A DNA stretch of 56,919 nt, the filler included, from Dimargaris cristalligena (lineage: Eukaryota): NCBI GenBank assembly GCA_003614675.1. It is 4 parts of 4 records of this genome, joined end to end, with 100 filler letters (N's around TTAATTAATTAA, not from the genome) between each part and the next. Parts side by side here need not be neighbours in the genome. Positions count along the whole stretch, not along the records: positions 42,799 to 56,919 come from ML002962.1; 3 more parts are not named here. One strand, given 5' to 3'. This document shows positions 45,755-56,919 of the stretch, piece after piece; position 1 is the first letter of the stretch; every line of letters starts with the position of its first letter. Made by a program: the position numbers and the translations under genes. The notes below the pieces were generated by a model that made no database searches, had not been told where the DNA came from, and saw only the letters and a program-made list of their open reading frames with translations.

Positions 45755-46663
45755 GTCTTTAGACAATCAGGGCTATGGCGGACAATGAAAGTAGATCCCA
45801 AATGGAAAATGAAGTGAAATACAAGTAAAAACAAAAGTGGGTTAAACAAAAAAGAAGCGAGTAGCAAGGTCTAGCTTAGCGAACGGGCAGCATAAAACCA
45901 GAGGGGTACGCGAGAGAGTGTCTCTGTATGCGCCCCCTCCTCCCTTAACTAACTAGGTAGGCTCTGGTGGGTTAACGGGAGGGAATACTAAATATCAGCC
46001 AATCAATGATTGCCAGTGCGGGGACTAGTAAGCCCTGCGAAATACCCCGCCCCAGTATGGGCCAGTAGTAGTCATCCACAAGAGGGGGCCCCTCTCGCTG
46101 GACTGTTAGGGACCTCCCTCTACTTTCGCCCACGTTCTATTTGGCCCGGCGTCTGGGCAGGCTCCACGTCAACCCCGGCTGCTGGCTGACAAAACGTCGT
46201 AAATAGCTCGCTTATTTTCCCAAAGCCCAGTTATTGGAGAGTGAGCAAGGGACAGTAGTTCACAATCACCCAGTTATCATTCAGCCGAGTGCACACTTGG
46301 GGAGGGGATGTCTCCACCATGCAAGGCTACCTAAGTCGCATCGCCGACCCCCGCCCACTACTTCTGTTGCCCCTTTCGGCATTCAAAGGGTTATATACAA
46401 AATTACATGATTCGACCTTGCTGACACTCTATCCACTGTGGGTTTATTGAGTGATTATATAAATAACGTAGAAAATGGCAGGGTGATGAGCTATGGGCTC
46501 TAGCGCCCAGCCCCGCGCACGTATGTCTTATGGGTACTACAGCCTCTCCGAAAACCTTGGAGGTATTTCATATATTCAACAGCATTTAACGGGAGGAAGG
46601 GGGGGGTGTAGACCATAGAATTGGCGGGGCAGTTTAACCAGACTGGCAATTGAGATTCGGTAT

Positions 46664-48156
46664 CTAGGCCCGCTTGGCGCTCAGCTCTGTATGGGGGAAG
46701 ATTCGTCAAAATGCAAAATGTAATGGACTTTAGCATCTAGCACAACCTAGATGGGTAGCGCCGCACAATGGCAGGCACCATAGATACTCCACGACCCGCC
46801 ACAAACTACTACAGCATGTTTCGCAGCAATAACATTAATAAGATTAAGGGGGAAGGTACTTACGCTCAACTTCGCTGATGCACTGTTCCAAGATTTGGTT
46901 TTGCTAAAAGGCGTAAGAGAGATAGATAGTCGAAGCCGCATACATAAAACGGGGTTAGTTAAACAAAGCGAGCCATGACGAGATATATGCATAAACCCAA
47001 AGCTGAGGCCACTCTCCTCCTCTTCCTCCTTCAATATAACTATCGAAAAAAAAGCGCATATAGCAGAGTCCCCCCGCTACTTACCACCTCGGGCTTCATC
47101 AACTCCTGGCGGGACTGCTCAATAACGGAAGTGGCCAGTTCGCGCTGCTCGCGCTCACGGAGGTTGGCCTCGTGGCGCACCCACGAGTCGAGCACGCTCT
47201 TGGCCTCGGCGGAGAAGGCCACGCGCTGCTTCAGCTCGAAGATCTGGGCCTCCATCTGGGCCATATCCTTGGACATTTGGAACATGTCCTTGGTGACCTG
47301 GACGATGTCCTTGAGTTCGGCCACCTGGTCGATACGGCTCTGGACGGCCGCCCGGTGCTCCTTACGGGCATCGTTGAAGATATTGACCATGTTTTGGATG
47401 TAACCCTGGGCGAACTCGTTGTAGGGCTCCCGACCGATCTTGTAGAGCACGGACAGCAGACCCACGGTGGCGATGAGGGCCACGGTCTCTTCGTTGATCA
47501 CGTAGATCTCCTTGGACACCAGGAAGGCGGCTGCGCTGGCCCCCACGGTCAGGATACCGGTCTTGCTCAAGAGGGAATTGCCGGGGAGGGCATCGATGAT
47601 GCTGTTGGCCTTCTTCTCAGGCTCCTCGACCTTGACGGCGTTCTGGTTCGAAGCCGACGAGGAGAAGGTGCTGGTGGTTGGGTAAGGGCAGGTAGGAGGT
47701 ACATTATGGTTTGATATGGTTTGGTGTTGGAGGGTTAGACAAGTGGGCCATTAATGAGAGCGTATGATAAGAGACACCTAGGGCTCTGGCGAGGGTGTGT
47801 AAGCACTATGAATGTACACTGAGCTTGATGGATGTTGTTTGCTATAGGGAGATCCTACACCAGGCCGACCTTTGGAAAGAAAAGGCCACGGTACTTACCG
47901 GGCGGCGAGAGCCACACGGGGGGTGGAGGTGGCCAGAGGGCGGATAGAGCCTATAGATACGGTATCAGGGAGTAATGCAGAAAATAATTTTGGGTGAGCG
48001 AAAGCGTTAGAGATCAGGCAACTGCTGCTGCTACACTGTCCATCCGTGTACTCTCTCGGGCCTTGGGGTAAAGGAGAGGGTAGATGGAGCTGGGCTTGGG
48101 TGGATCCGAAGAGCATGCTTACCGGCGAGGCGTTGGGTAGCGAGCTTATGGGCCAT
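46664..48156 (-). CDS. ATP4: Mitochondrial ATP synthase subunit b (4); exons 48156-48123, 47950-47899, 47670-47085, 46903-46864, 46686-46664
   Basis: Arg/Ala-rich presequence, KANSIIDALPGNSLLSKTG, SKEIYVINEET, EAKSVLDSWVRHEANLREREQ, QILEQCISEVE. Confidence 0.92.
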
Positions 48157-49637
48157 GGTAAAGGTATAAAGGGACGGGGGAGTGAAAGTGAAAATCAGTA
48201 GGAATGGGGAGCAAAGTAAGATCGACGAAACTAAGAAGAACCAGACGCTGGATTCAAGCAACGGGGTAGGAAGTACGATTAGAATAGAAGCTTCTACTAT
48301 GCTGTGCTGTGGAATCTCTCTTTCAGCTTGTGCTCTTCGTTGGTGGTGAAATCAAGACTTCTTTAGGCCTCGTTGGTGGTTGGAGAGATAACTCTAGTTG
48401 GGTTATCTAGGCCATCCTTCCAATTCTACTGAGCCCAACTCCCTAAGGAAGCACAGCAGGACCTCTCCATACTTACTACACACACCCCATTTGCACTACG
48501 TGTATGCCCTTGAGTATAGGGGAGAATAATATGCCTAGCAAGTCCTTTTGTGGGTTGGGGCGGTGGTACTTTATTTGGTTGAGTCAAACACCCATCCATT
48601 CACCAGCCACCTTAACTGATTGGCCCAAACTACCCACCGGCACATGGTAGCGAATTGGGTACTAATCACATCTATATAGGCCATTGATTTACTCCAGCCG
48701 GCGGCTCTTTATGCGCCTTAAGGATGAGTGGGGTTGGTCCTTGGGGACCAAACCGGGGCAATGTCCCGTCTAAAACGGTTAGGCAGGGCCCTTTGCATTA
48801 GCCACGGTCCATCAGCACTATTGAAGCGAAATCCCAGCATTTCTAAGAGGAAGTGGCCCATGAAAAACTATAGTTAACACCCCTTCCTGTTTCGGGTCAA
48901 CCTAGTCAGTAAATGAAATACACCTGGCAAGACCAATTGAAAAGGATACATAACCCCCTGTTAATTAGTCCTAACTGACAATATAAGCACTGGTTTATTC
49001 ATTTATATCCGCGCATCCGTATGAGCCATTCATTGCCTTCAGACACGGTCAGATATATGTTGTATTATAAGGTAGTAGTCGACCCTTTATTCGAACCGAC
49101 CAGCCGTTCCGAGGAGCCCCGTTTCTCAAAGCGCCTACTGCACTAGCCTCATCCACTTACCTCTTTGTTTACTATTTACTGATGAGAGAAACGGCTTTTA
49201 ATAGTTGTTGGAGTGGCTTAGGATCAGCCTAGGACTCCTCTCAACAGCCCTTTACTGCAAACTTCAAACCAGAGTGATATCGATTGCATGGGCGATATCC
49301 CCATCTCTTGTGGTCCACTATTCCACTAAAATACCCAATTGTAGACTGATGAGCAGTGTGACTGAGATTAAACTCCGACCCATGGGTGATTGAAACGTGC
49401 CTACCCTGGTTTGGTTCTCACTGGTTTGGCCCATCGTTTATTTACTTTTTTCTTGCCCTCGCCCAAACTGTTCAGCCTATGGGAATTGCCCGCACCTGCC
49501 CTCCACCGCCTTCCAGGGTTTCATGTAACCTTATTCCCCTACCCTTCCTTACGACTATCCAGCCATTGTTCGTCATACATACATATATACTCACCATCTC
49601 ATTATACCGTTTTTATTATCGAGTACAAAGTCCGACC

Positions 49638-50910
49638 ATGCTTCACAAGCAGACCACCGATGAGTCGGGTCAGCGGACACGCTCCGGTCGACTCAAGAAC
49701 AAATCCCTGTTTGACGTTTCGCCCAATAAGTCGCTCATGTGGGATCTAAACAGCCTGGCCCAGGACTCGGCTGCGCAGACCTACCCCAGTACCGATTCCG
49801 GTCTAGACATGGATGTATCCTCTTCCGAGGGGGAGGGCGACGGCCAGGACTACCCTGTATATAGCCCAGGCTCCGAAGACGCCGAGTTACTAGATAACGG
49901 GGACCACCACCCAAGGTCGCCACCCTATTCAACCGGCCCAGACGATAGCGACCCCCTTTCCCCGGAGCTGGGTGGACAACGGTCGCCCAGTTTCGCCGAG
50001 GCAATGGGGGACAACGACATGGATATGGTGGTGGACGGGGCCCACGCCGTGAGCGAAGAGGACGATGCTTTACTTCAGGAACTCGAAACCATTCGGCGTA
50101 TCAATAAGAGCCTGGAAACGATCAGCGCCTGTCTATCGGGCATTACGAATAACGTCCGGTCGTTTCATCAAACCATCTCCCAAACGAAAGAGTTGGTGGG
50201 CACCTGGGGCGATATATTCTCCGAGACCCATCGGGTCCAGTCGCTTCTCATGGACCCAAATTGGCAGGGGGCCACTTATGTAAGTTTCCGACTATATCGA
50301 CTGGCTCAATTTTTACTATACCACCACCACCCTCACCTCTTCTGTTGCGAATATACGGAGGCTGTCGTATACTTCCTATATCCTTGGCAACTAATCCAAC
50401 CTTGATTCTTTTCATTCACCCCTCGGCTACGCTCGAAATGAACCCTTTTTAATGCCTTCGACAGGACCTGGAAACTTTGGAACAGATTCGGCTAGATGAA
50501 GAGCAGCGTCGGATCGAGGCTGAAGAGGAGGCCCACCGTGTCGCTGAAGCAGCCCGAGAGGAAGCCCGGCGATTAGCCGAAGCCCAAGCGCAGGCGGCCC
50601 GGGCTCAGGCCGCGGAGTCCACATTAGATACCACCACCAAATCCATTCGCCCCCGAAGTAAGTCCATATTTCCTCTTACTACACATTTAGTGCATACTCC
50701 TACAAACCAGAGTTCAATGATACGCTACCCCAACGAGTATGTTGATTGGGAAAGGGTGATCCTGTTCCTGTAATCTTTCTAATCCAAGCTGCTCTGATTG
50801 ATACTGCATCCATCCCAATTCTAGATTTGGCGAAACCCCCAGGTATTTCGTCCCTAAGGAGGCCAATGCCTGTCAAGAGACCGACCGCTAGACCCCGGTT
50901 ACCGCGGTAA
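49638..50910 (+). CDS. DUO1: DASH/Dam1 complex subunit Duo1; exons 49638-50279, 50465-50657, 50825-50910
   Basis: ALLQELETIRRINKSLE..QTKELVGTWGDIFSETHRVQSLLMDPNWQGATYD fits the Duo1 signature (W..I.S.T....LL.P.W.GA..D), followed by a coiled coil and a basic tail. Confidence 0.8.
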
Positions 50911-51145
50911 TACTCTGCTTGATCAGCAGGTTTATCCTACAGTATTGATATATATTTATTGGTTAATATATAATAACAACCAGCCAATTTAGTTCACAAG
51001 TATCTTTGATCTACTGTAGATTGAGTTCATTTCCTCCCAATAAGTTGTACAATAATTGAAGCAGGTTCTAATTTTTTGAACGCTTTTGCTCGGCAAGACA
51101 GTGCTGGATAGGTAACCCAAGATTAGGCGGTCCTGCCATTAGGGC

Positions 51146-51574
51146 TTACTGTTTGGTAGGGGAGGGGGTTCGGACTATATAATAATTGTCATATCGCTGT
51201 TGACTGCAGTAGAGAATAGCTTCGGCGGATACAGTTTCTATACCAATGGCGGTGGTGGAGTTACTGACAGTTTCTGGCAAGGGATAGTCATACACGGAGG
51301 GGAGAGTGAGCGACACCAGTGGCTCCACATTAGTTAAGTCCAGCTCTTTGACGTGCGACACGAAATGGTTCAAATCGTTGATATCTTTGATTAGGGTCGA
51401 GGCTTCGGCGGTCGTATCGGGGGCTAAATTAGCTAGTCGGTGCAGACGGGTCAGATCGGCCACCTGTAAGGCACCCGGTCCTTGGCTGGTCTCTGCTGGG
51501 GTGGTTGGATCGGGTAAGAGGGCCGAGACGGACCAGGCTGGCTTGGTAAGTAATGTGCGTCGGGCCAGGTACAT
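51146..51574 (-). CDS. Mitochondrial Glu-tRNA(Gln) amidotransferase small subunit (GatC/GatF-like)
   Basis: KPAWSVSALLP, LTRLHRLANL, LIKDINDLNHFVSHVKELDLTNVEPLVSL and C-terminal NYYIV fit fungal GatC/F; the start could instead be 51640. Confidence 0.7.
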   Translation of the reverse strand: MYLARRTLLTKPAWSVSALLPDPTTPAETSQGPGALQVADLTRLHRLANLAPDTTAEASTLIKDINDLNHFVSHVKELDLTNVEPLVSLTLPSVYDYPLPETVSNSTTAIGIETVSAEAILYCSQQRYDNYYIVRTPSPTKQ

Positions 51575-52243
51575 TGGTGACTTATTTCTTCTACTTTTAA
51601 GGCGGGTGTTGAAATGTGCGGACCTGAATCGAAAACGCATAATTGCCAATTGCTTAGTGAGTTATATAATAGTGAAACAAAATATTCGTCGAACTAAGGA
51701 GTTGAAAGTCAAGTAGATGGCTGGTTGGTGGCGATACCGAGCCCTTTCTCATTGAACTGGGTCTATTAATTAGAGTCGATCGGGGCTAATAGGCTCATGT
51801 CGAAGATTTGCCACTTGCTTCATAGCCTGTGTTGCTATTTGCTCCATGCGCAGTTCTTTATTGCTGGACCCAATGGGCTAGCGTATGGAGAAGGCTCTAA
51901 GCCCCCGTTGACGATTGAAACGCAATTGGCTAGCGCTTAAACTAAACATCGCTGTTGAGGGTGTGTTTGTTCACTGGACTTGGCGGTATAGACGGTATTA
52001 TTTTACTACCGCGGGCCCTAGGTCAGCGTCATTGATAAGCACCCCTCATATGCATATTGCTGGGGCGATTTCTATAGGCCTATGTCATTCTATAACCTTG
52101 CCACGTCTCTGACTTATCCACCACCTGTTGTTCCAATAACCTAGGCATTGGTGGAACCTCATCCTCTTTTCCGTCTCCCTCATTTTCCTCGTTCTTTTGC
52201 CAATACCATCTTCTATCCCTCCCCCCCTATTCAGTTCCCGCAA

Positions 52244-54914
52244 ATGGCCATGCTGACTCTGCGCGTGGACCGAACTCCGAACAGCAGCTTGGCTTTGACC
52301 AACCTGCTGGTCATCAACGCCTACAACCTCCCGCCCAACGTCCGCCACGTCATTATCAACGATTTCTACGTCTTCACCGTCTACCCCACCGCCGAGTTTG
52401 ACCGTGCCCTGCTCGGTACTAGCAAAGTGCACCGCCAATGGGCCCGCCTGTCCCTCAACCAAGAAGTCTACGTCGAGCCCTTCCTCTTCGGTTCCCGCGG
52501 CGATACGCTCTTCTACATTGGGGCCATGGACATAGAAGTCAAGTTCCTGGCCCGGGCCACCGAGAGCCGGGAGGAATACGATGCCGATGAAATGAGTATC
52601 CTGTTCAAGTCACTCTACAACGACCAGATTTTCTCGCTCGGTCAGCCCATGGTCTTTGAATTCCACGGCGTTAACCTCGAGCTCAATATCGTCCGTATGA
52701 CGGTGTTGGACGTCAATGAGCTCCGTAACCCCAAAGATCTCCCCCGCCTCGTCCAGGAGCGGCAGCAGCAGGGCCACTCCGACCGGACCCTGGGACCCCT
52801 TAGTCGCTACCGTGGCCCCCGGGGGGAGCCCTTGGTTTGCGGGTTGCTGTTCGGTGAAACCCAGCTGCAGTTCGCCAAGGCCCCTGACTCCAATATCCGG
52901 CTCAAGGGTGCCGCGCGGTCGTCCGCCGCCCGTAACATCATCAAACCCGAATTCAAGTTCGAGGACATGGGCATCGGTGGCCTGGACACCGAATTTAGCG
53001 CCATTTTCCGACGGGCCTTCGCGTCCCGCATTTTCCCGCCCGCCCAGGCGAAAAAATTGGGTATTCACCACGTCAAGGGGATGCTCCTCTACGGGCCCCC
53101 CGGTACGGGTAAAACGCTGATTGCCCGACAAATCGGTAAAATGCTTAATGCCCGTGAGCCCATCGTGGTCAATGGTCCCGAAATACTCAACAAATTCGTG
53201 GGTCAGTCCGAAGAAAATATTCGCAAATTGTTTGCCGAAGCCGAGAAGGAATACAAGGCCAAGGGGGAGGACAGTTCCCTCCATATTATCATATTCGATG
53301 AACTGGACGCCATTTGCCGTCAACGTGGCGCTAAAAGTGATAGCACCGGAGTGGGCGATTCGGTGGTGAATCAGCTGCTCGCGAAACTGGACGGTGTGGA
53401 CCAGCTGAATAACATTCTCGTCATTGGTATGACGAACCGTAAGGAACTGATCGATGAGGCGTTGCTCCGACCCGGTCGTTTGGAGGTGCATGTGGAAATT
53501 GGCCTCCCCGATGAACATGGTCGTCTCCAGATTCTCAAGATTCACACGGCTCAGGTAAGTCCTAGCTTTTTGGTCCACTGCGTTTTTCTTTATATAATTA
53601 TCCCCCGCTCCACTGGAGAATATACTATGAAGAAATTGAAGAGATTCTTAGCAGGAGTCGTGTTGGTAGTTTTAGTTTCACTACATTCTCAAATGACGGC
53701 CCACGATGATCTATTTCTAACCTCGTAATTCCGATTTGCCTTTCCCTGTATTCATTGAACTGGCGGATCTATTCGACTTTCATCCAGATGCGTGCGAACG
53801 ATGTTTTGGGTTCCGACGTGAATCTGAAGGAGCTGGCTATGATGACCAAGAATTTCAGCGGTGCTGAAATCAATGGGTTAGTTCGCAGTGCCTCTTCCTT
53901 CTCGCTCAACCGCCACGTCAAAGTGGGAAGTATGGACGTAACGGCTGCCGATGTGGCCGATATGAAGGTGACCCAGGATGACTTCGTCCAGGCCCTGGGT
54001 GAGGTTAAACCGGCCTTTGGTGTATCCGAAGACGAGCTGCAACTGTGCCACCAAAATGGCATTATCCATTTCAATGCCGGCATCGAACGGATCCTGACCG
54101 ACGGCCGTCTACTAATTGGGCAGGTACAAAAGAGTACCCGTACGCCGCTCGTCAGCGTTCTCCTCCACGGTCCCGCTGGCAGCGGCAAGACCGCCCTGGC
54201 CGCTACTTTGGGTATGGAAAGCGAGTTCCCGTTCATTAAGCTCATCTCCCCGGAATCCATGGTGGGCTACTCCGAACCGGCCAAAATTGGCGCCATCAAC
54301 AAGGTGTTCACCGACGCCTATAAATCCCCGCTTAGCGTCATTATCGTCGACGACATTGAACGGCTCCTCGATTGGGTGCCCATTGGGCCGCGTTTCTCCA
54401 ACGGCATTCTTCAGGCACTGATGGTGTTGCTCAAGAAACCCCCGCCGCCCGGCCGGCGTCTACTCATTTTGGCCACGACGAACCAGAAGGCGGTGCTAGG
54501 GGAAATGGGCATGCTGGATATTTTTAATTCAGAAATCCGCATACCCACAATTCGCGACTTGTCGTCCGTTGAAGTGGTGCTTAAGGTAAGTTGTCCGATG
54601 GTTCGATTAATATTATCTTCAACTGCCTACTTATTTATTACGGGCTGGTTTCATCTCAATGATAACACTAACGGCTTTCTTGATATCATATACCCATCAC
54701 CACTGCAATTCCCCCCCTACTGTGTCTCTAACCATAGGAGCTGGAGGTCTTTTCACCAGAGGAGCGTCACTTTGTTATTAATCGCTTGCACACCGACGGG
54801 ATTGAGCAACACCTCTCACTGGGTATCAAGAAACTGATCATGATTATTGAAATGGCCCGCCAGGACCCTACATCCAAATTGGAGAAATTCATGACCAGTT
54901 TGAACTTGGACTAA
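52244..54914 (+). CDS. SEC18: Vesicle-fusing ATPase NSF/Sec18; exons 52244-53554, 53788-54585, 54738-54914 (a short upstream exon is possible)
   Basis: FEDMGIGGLDTEFSAIFRRAFASRIFPP, GPPGTGKT, IIIFDELDAIC, D2 GPAGSGKT, IGPRFSN, LGIKKL. Confidence 0.95.
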
Positions 54915-55312
54915 TTAAGAGTGTTGTTTTTTATCTCTCTCTTGATCCCCAAGTGAATACTTGCAATGAATAAATAAATAATATGATGGCAGTGTACCGG
55001 ACCTGAATTCCTGGCTTGCGAATTATGTAGTTTTTCATCTTTGGGCACATTATTTTCCAATTAAATATGCCGAGAAAACTACTTCAAGTATGACTGAACA
55101 AGGAGTTGGTGGATGCAGGGACTACCAAATGGATTAGAATGGGGCAGTAATATAATCTCGGCAGTATTACACATTGTGAATACTATTGGACAATAGGTAG
55201 TCCAGATTTTGGAAGGCGTGGGTTTAAGGGGGGCGAACCAGGTAGTATATAGAATGCAAATATTTGCCCCCAAAGGCCCCGTACATTAAATTTACATAGA
55301 CAGTCAAGTTGT

Positions 55313-55450
55313 ATATGGGAGATTTTCAATTAGGCTGTATAACGAAATAACCATCCGATTAGGCAACAATTACAAATTGAAAGCGAATATTCCACTTACT
55401 TTCTCACATCATTTGCGACCTAGTACAGCTATGTCGAATTTCACCCACAG
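55313..55450 (-). repeat. MITE-like element, copy D (diverged, inverted)
   Basis: The reverse complement reads TGTGGGTGAAATTCGACATAGCTGTAC...GATGGTTATTTCGTTATACAGCCTAATTGAAAATCTCCCATAT. Confidence 0.75.
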
Positions 55451-56919
55451 TCTAAATGACTGACTGGTGCTTAATCATATGTCCCGTTAGCACTCGGAGG
55501 CCCAGGAGGTAGGCGAAGCAATGTCAAAAAATAGGGGGGATGTTACTATTATAATTGATATAGCTGCCAAAATAAAACTGCGGTTCAGCAACGGGAGTGA
55601 TAATCGGAAGGGTCATGACAACAATAGTATAGCGCGAAGACTAGTCCAGGATGTCAAGGTATTATTCAACCCATGAAAGCGTGATCCAGCTACTGGGCCA
55701 TGCACCATTCAGTTTGGCCATACCTTGCCCCAACTGGCACGGGAGCCAAAATCCAAAAAATAAATTAATAATGCTACCTTAATTTATATAATCCATCACA
55801 ATTGCACTAGGGCAATTATCAGCAATTTCCGGCCCATTTACAGTTATATAATACATCACTGAATGCCGAAAGGCTTCACCTTTCTGATTAGGAGCACGGC
55901 TTTGGGCATTGTCCAAAATATAGTTAAACTGCGACCATTTGATCAGCAGCCCAGCTAGTCGAGCGAAGTACAACTAGATCCATCACCGTTACATTGTATT
56001 GACTGGCAAGGATCCACCACCCCAAAATAAGGCATGCAGCCATTTCCACCACATGGTCGAATGGTCTTTATCGGGATAATTATCTAAGTGTAAAAACATA
56101 CCCGGTATTGTAGGGTGCTTTAATGAATTATTATTCACAAATAGGCACAATGTATTAATACTTCAGCCCAAATCCCCTACTTATGGAGCCCAATCGTGAG
56201 ATAAACCCACAGCTGGGATTTTTTGGCTGACAATCCTTTATACAACAATTCCTAATTATACACCAGTGCCTAGTTTTAATGCTGAATGACTTATGGCTAG
56301 CTTCCATGTTGTAATATGAATTGTCAACAAAGGGAATAGGTGGGCATGAATACAACCCCTCGTTCCATTGCTAATACCCATTAGAAACTAGGTCATTGTG
56401 TCCCCATATAAGTCTATGGAATAGAACTAGAATCATACTTTATTTTGATGGGAGTAGTGGGGCCGCCCTATCCAGCACTTGATTAATAAAACCTTAGCTC
56501 AAGTTCTGTATAAAAAGCAGACCAAAGTCCTGCCCAAATATACACTCATCATTTTTAATCACCCGGATGTTCCAATGTGAATGCATTAATCAACTACTCA
56601 CAACACCTTTAAACACTTCCCCTAATCTTATTACACTTTTTTTTTACTCTTCCGTCCCTATCAAATGGCCGCATTAGGGCCCTTCATCCCCAACCGAGTG
56701 ATCCATCCAACAATATACAGGTTGCTCCCTGCAGTAATGCAAGAAACAAAATCCTATATTCACCCCCAAGGGGGTGTTATGGGTAGTTCCACCTTTGTCT
56801 TGGGGAGGGATTACCCAACTACAGAACGGGACAAGCCCCTGTCTGATGCAGATAGGGGCTTGCTGATTGTACCAGCCACTGAATAATCCAAACGAAGGTG
56901 GTGCCTGCCAATGAGCAGG

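Noticed and set aside
20735-55450. CRISPR-like or tRNA/SINE reading of the ~140-bp repeats
   Set aside because: The copies are dispersed rather than arrayed, and I see no cloverleaf, Pol III A/B boxes or poly-A tail.

Overview
Eukaryotic fungal DNA with spliceosomal introns, made of four unrelated contigs of about 14.1-14.2 kb (1-14216, 14317-28481, 28582-42698, 42799-56919). They are joined by artificial N44-TTAATTAATTAA-N44 linkers, so adjacency across linkers means nothing. A cobalamin-dependent MetH together with a Zn2Cys6 factor and DASH Duo1 points to an early-diverging (non-Dikarya) fungus; a Zoopagomycota-type host is my unverified guess. Contig 1 holds a CpG-eroded DIRS retrotransposon relic, a 5-exon ArfGAP, a 261-bp near-perfect duplication and about 7 kb with no recognisable gene. 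Contig 2 holds the dynein heavy chain 3' end, IMPDH and a Zn2Cys6 TF. Contig 3 holds MetH (5' part), Moco sulfurase, a bacterial-type GlyRS, IMP1, an ANKRD16-like gene and a frameshifted signal-peptide/C2H2 gene. Contig 4 holds SEC61, ATP4, DUO1, a GatC/F-like gene and SEC18. Best leads: (1) an intronless bacterial-type alpha2 glycyl-tRNA synthetase with intact catalytic motifs plus features resembling animal POLG2, a possible GlyRS-to-POLG2 missing link in a fungus; (2) a signal peptide + NLS + C2H2 zinc-finger gene, a candidate secreted transcription-factor effector; (3) a dispersed ~140-bp hairpin/MITE family with a compensatory stem change; (4) an ANKRD16-like protein. All homology calls come from motif recognition, not database searches.
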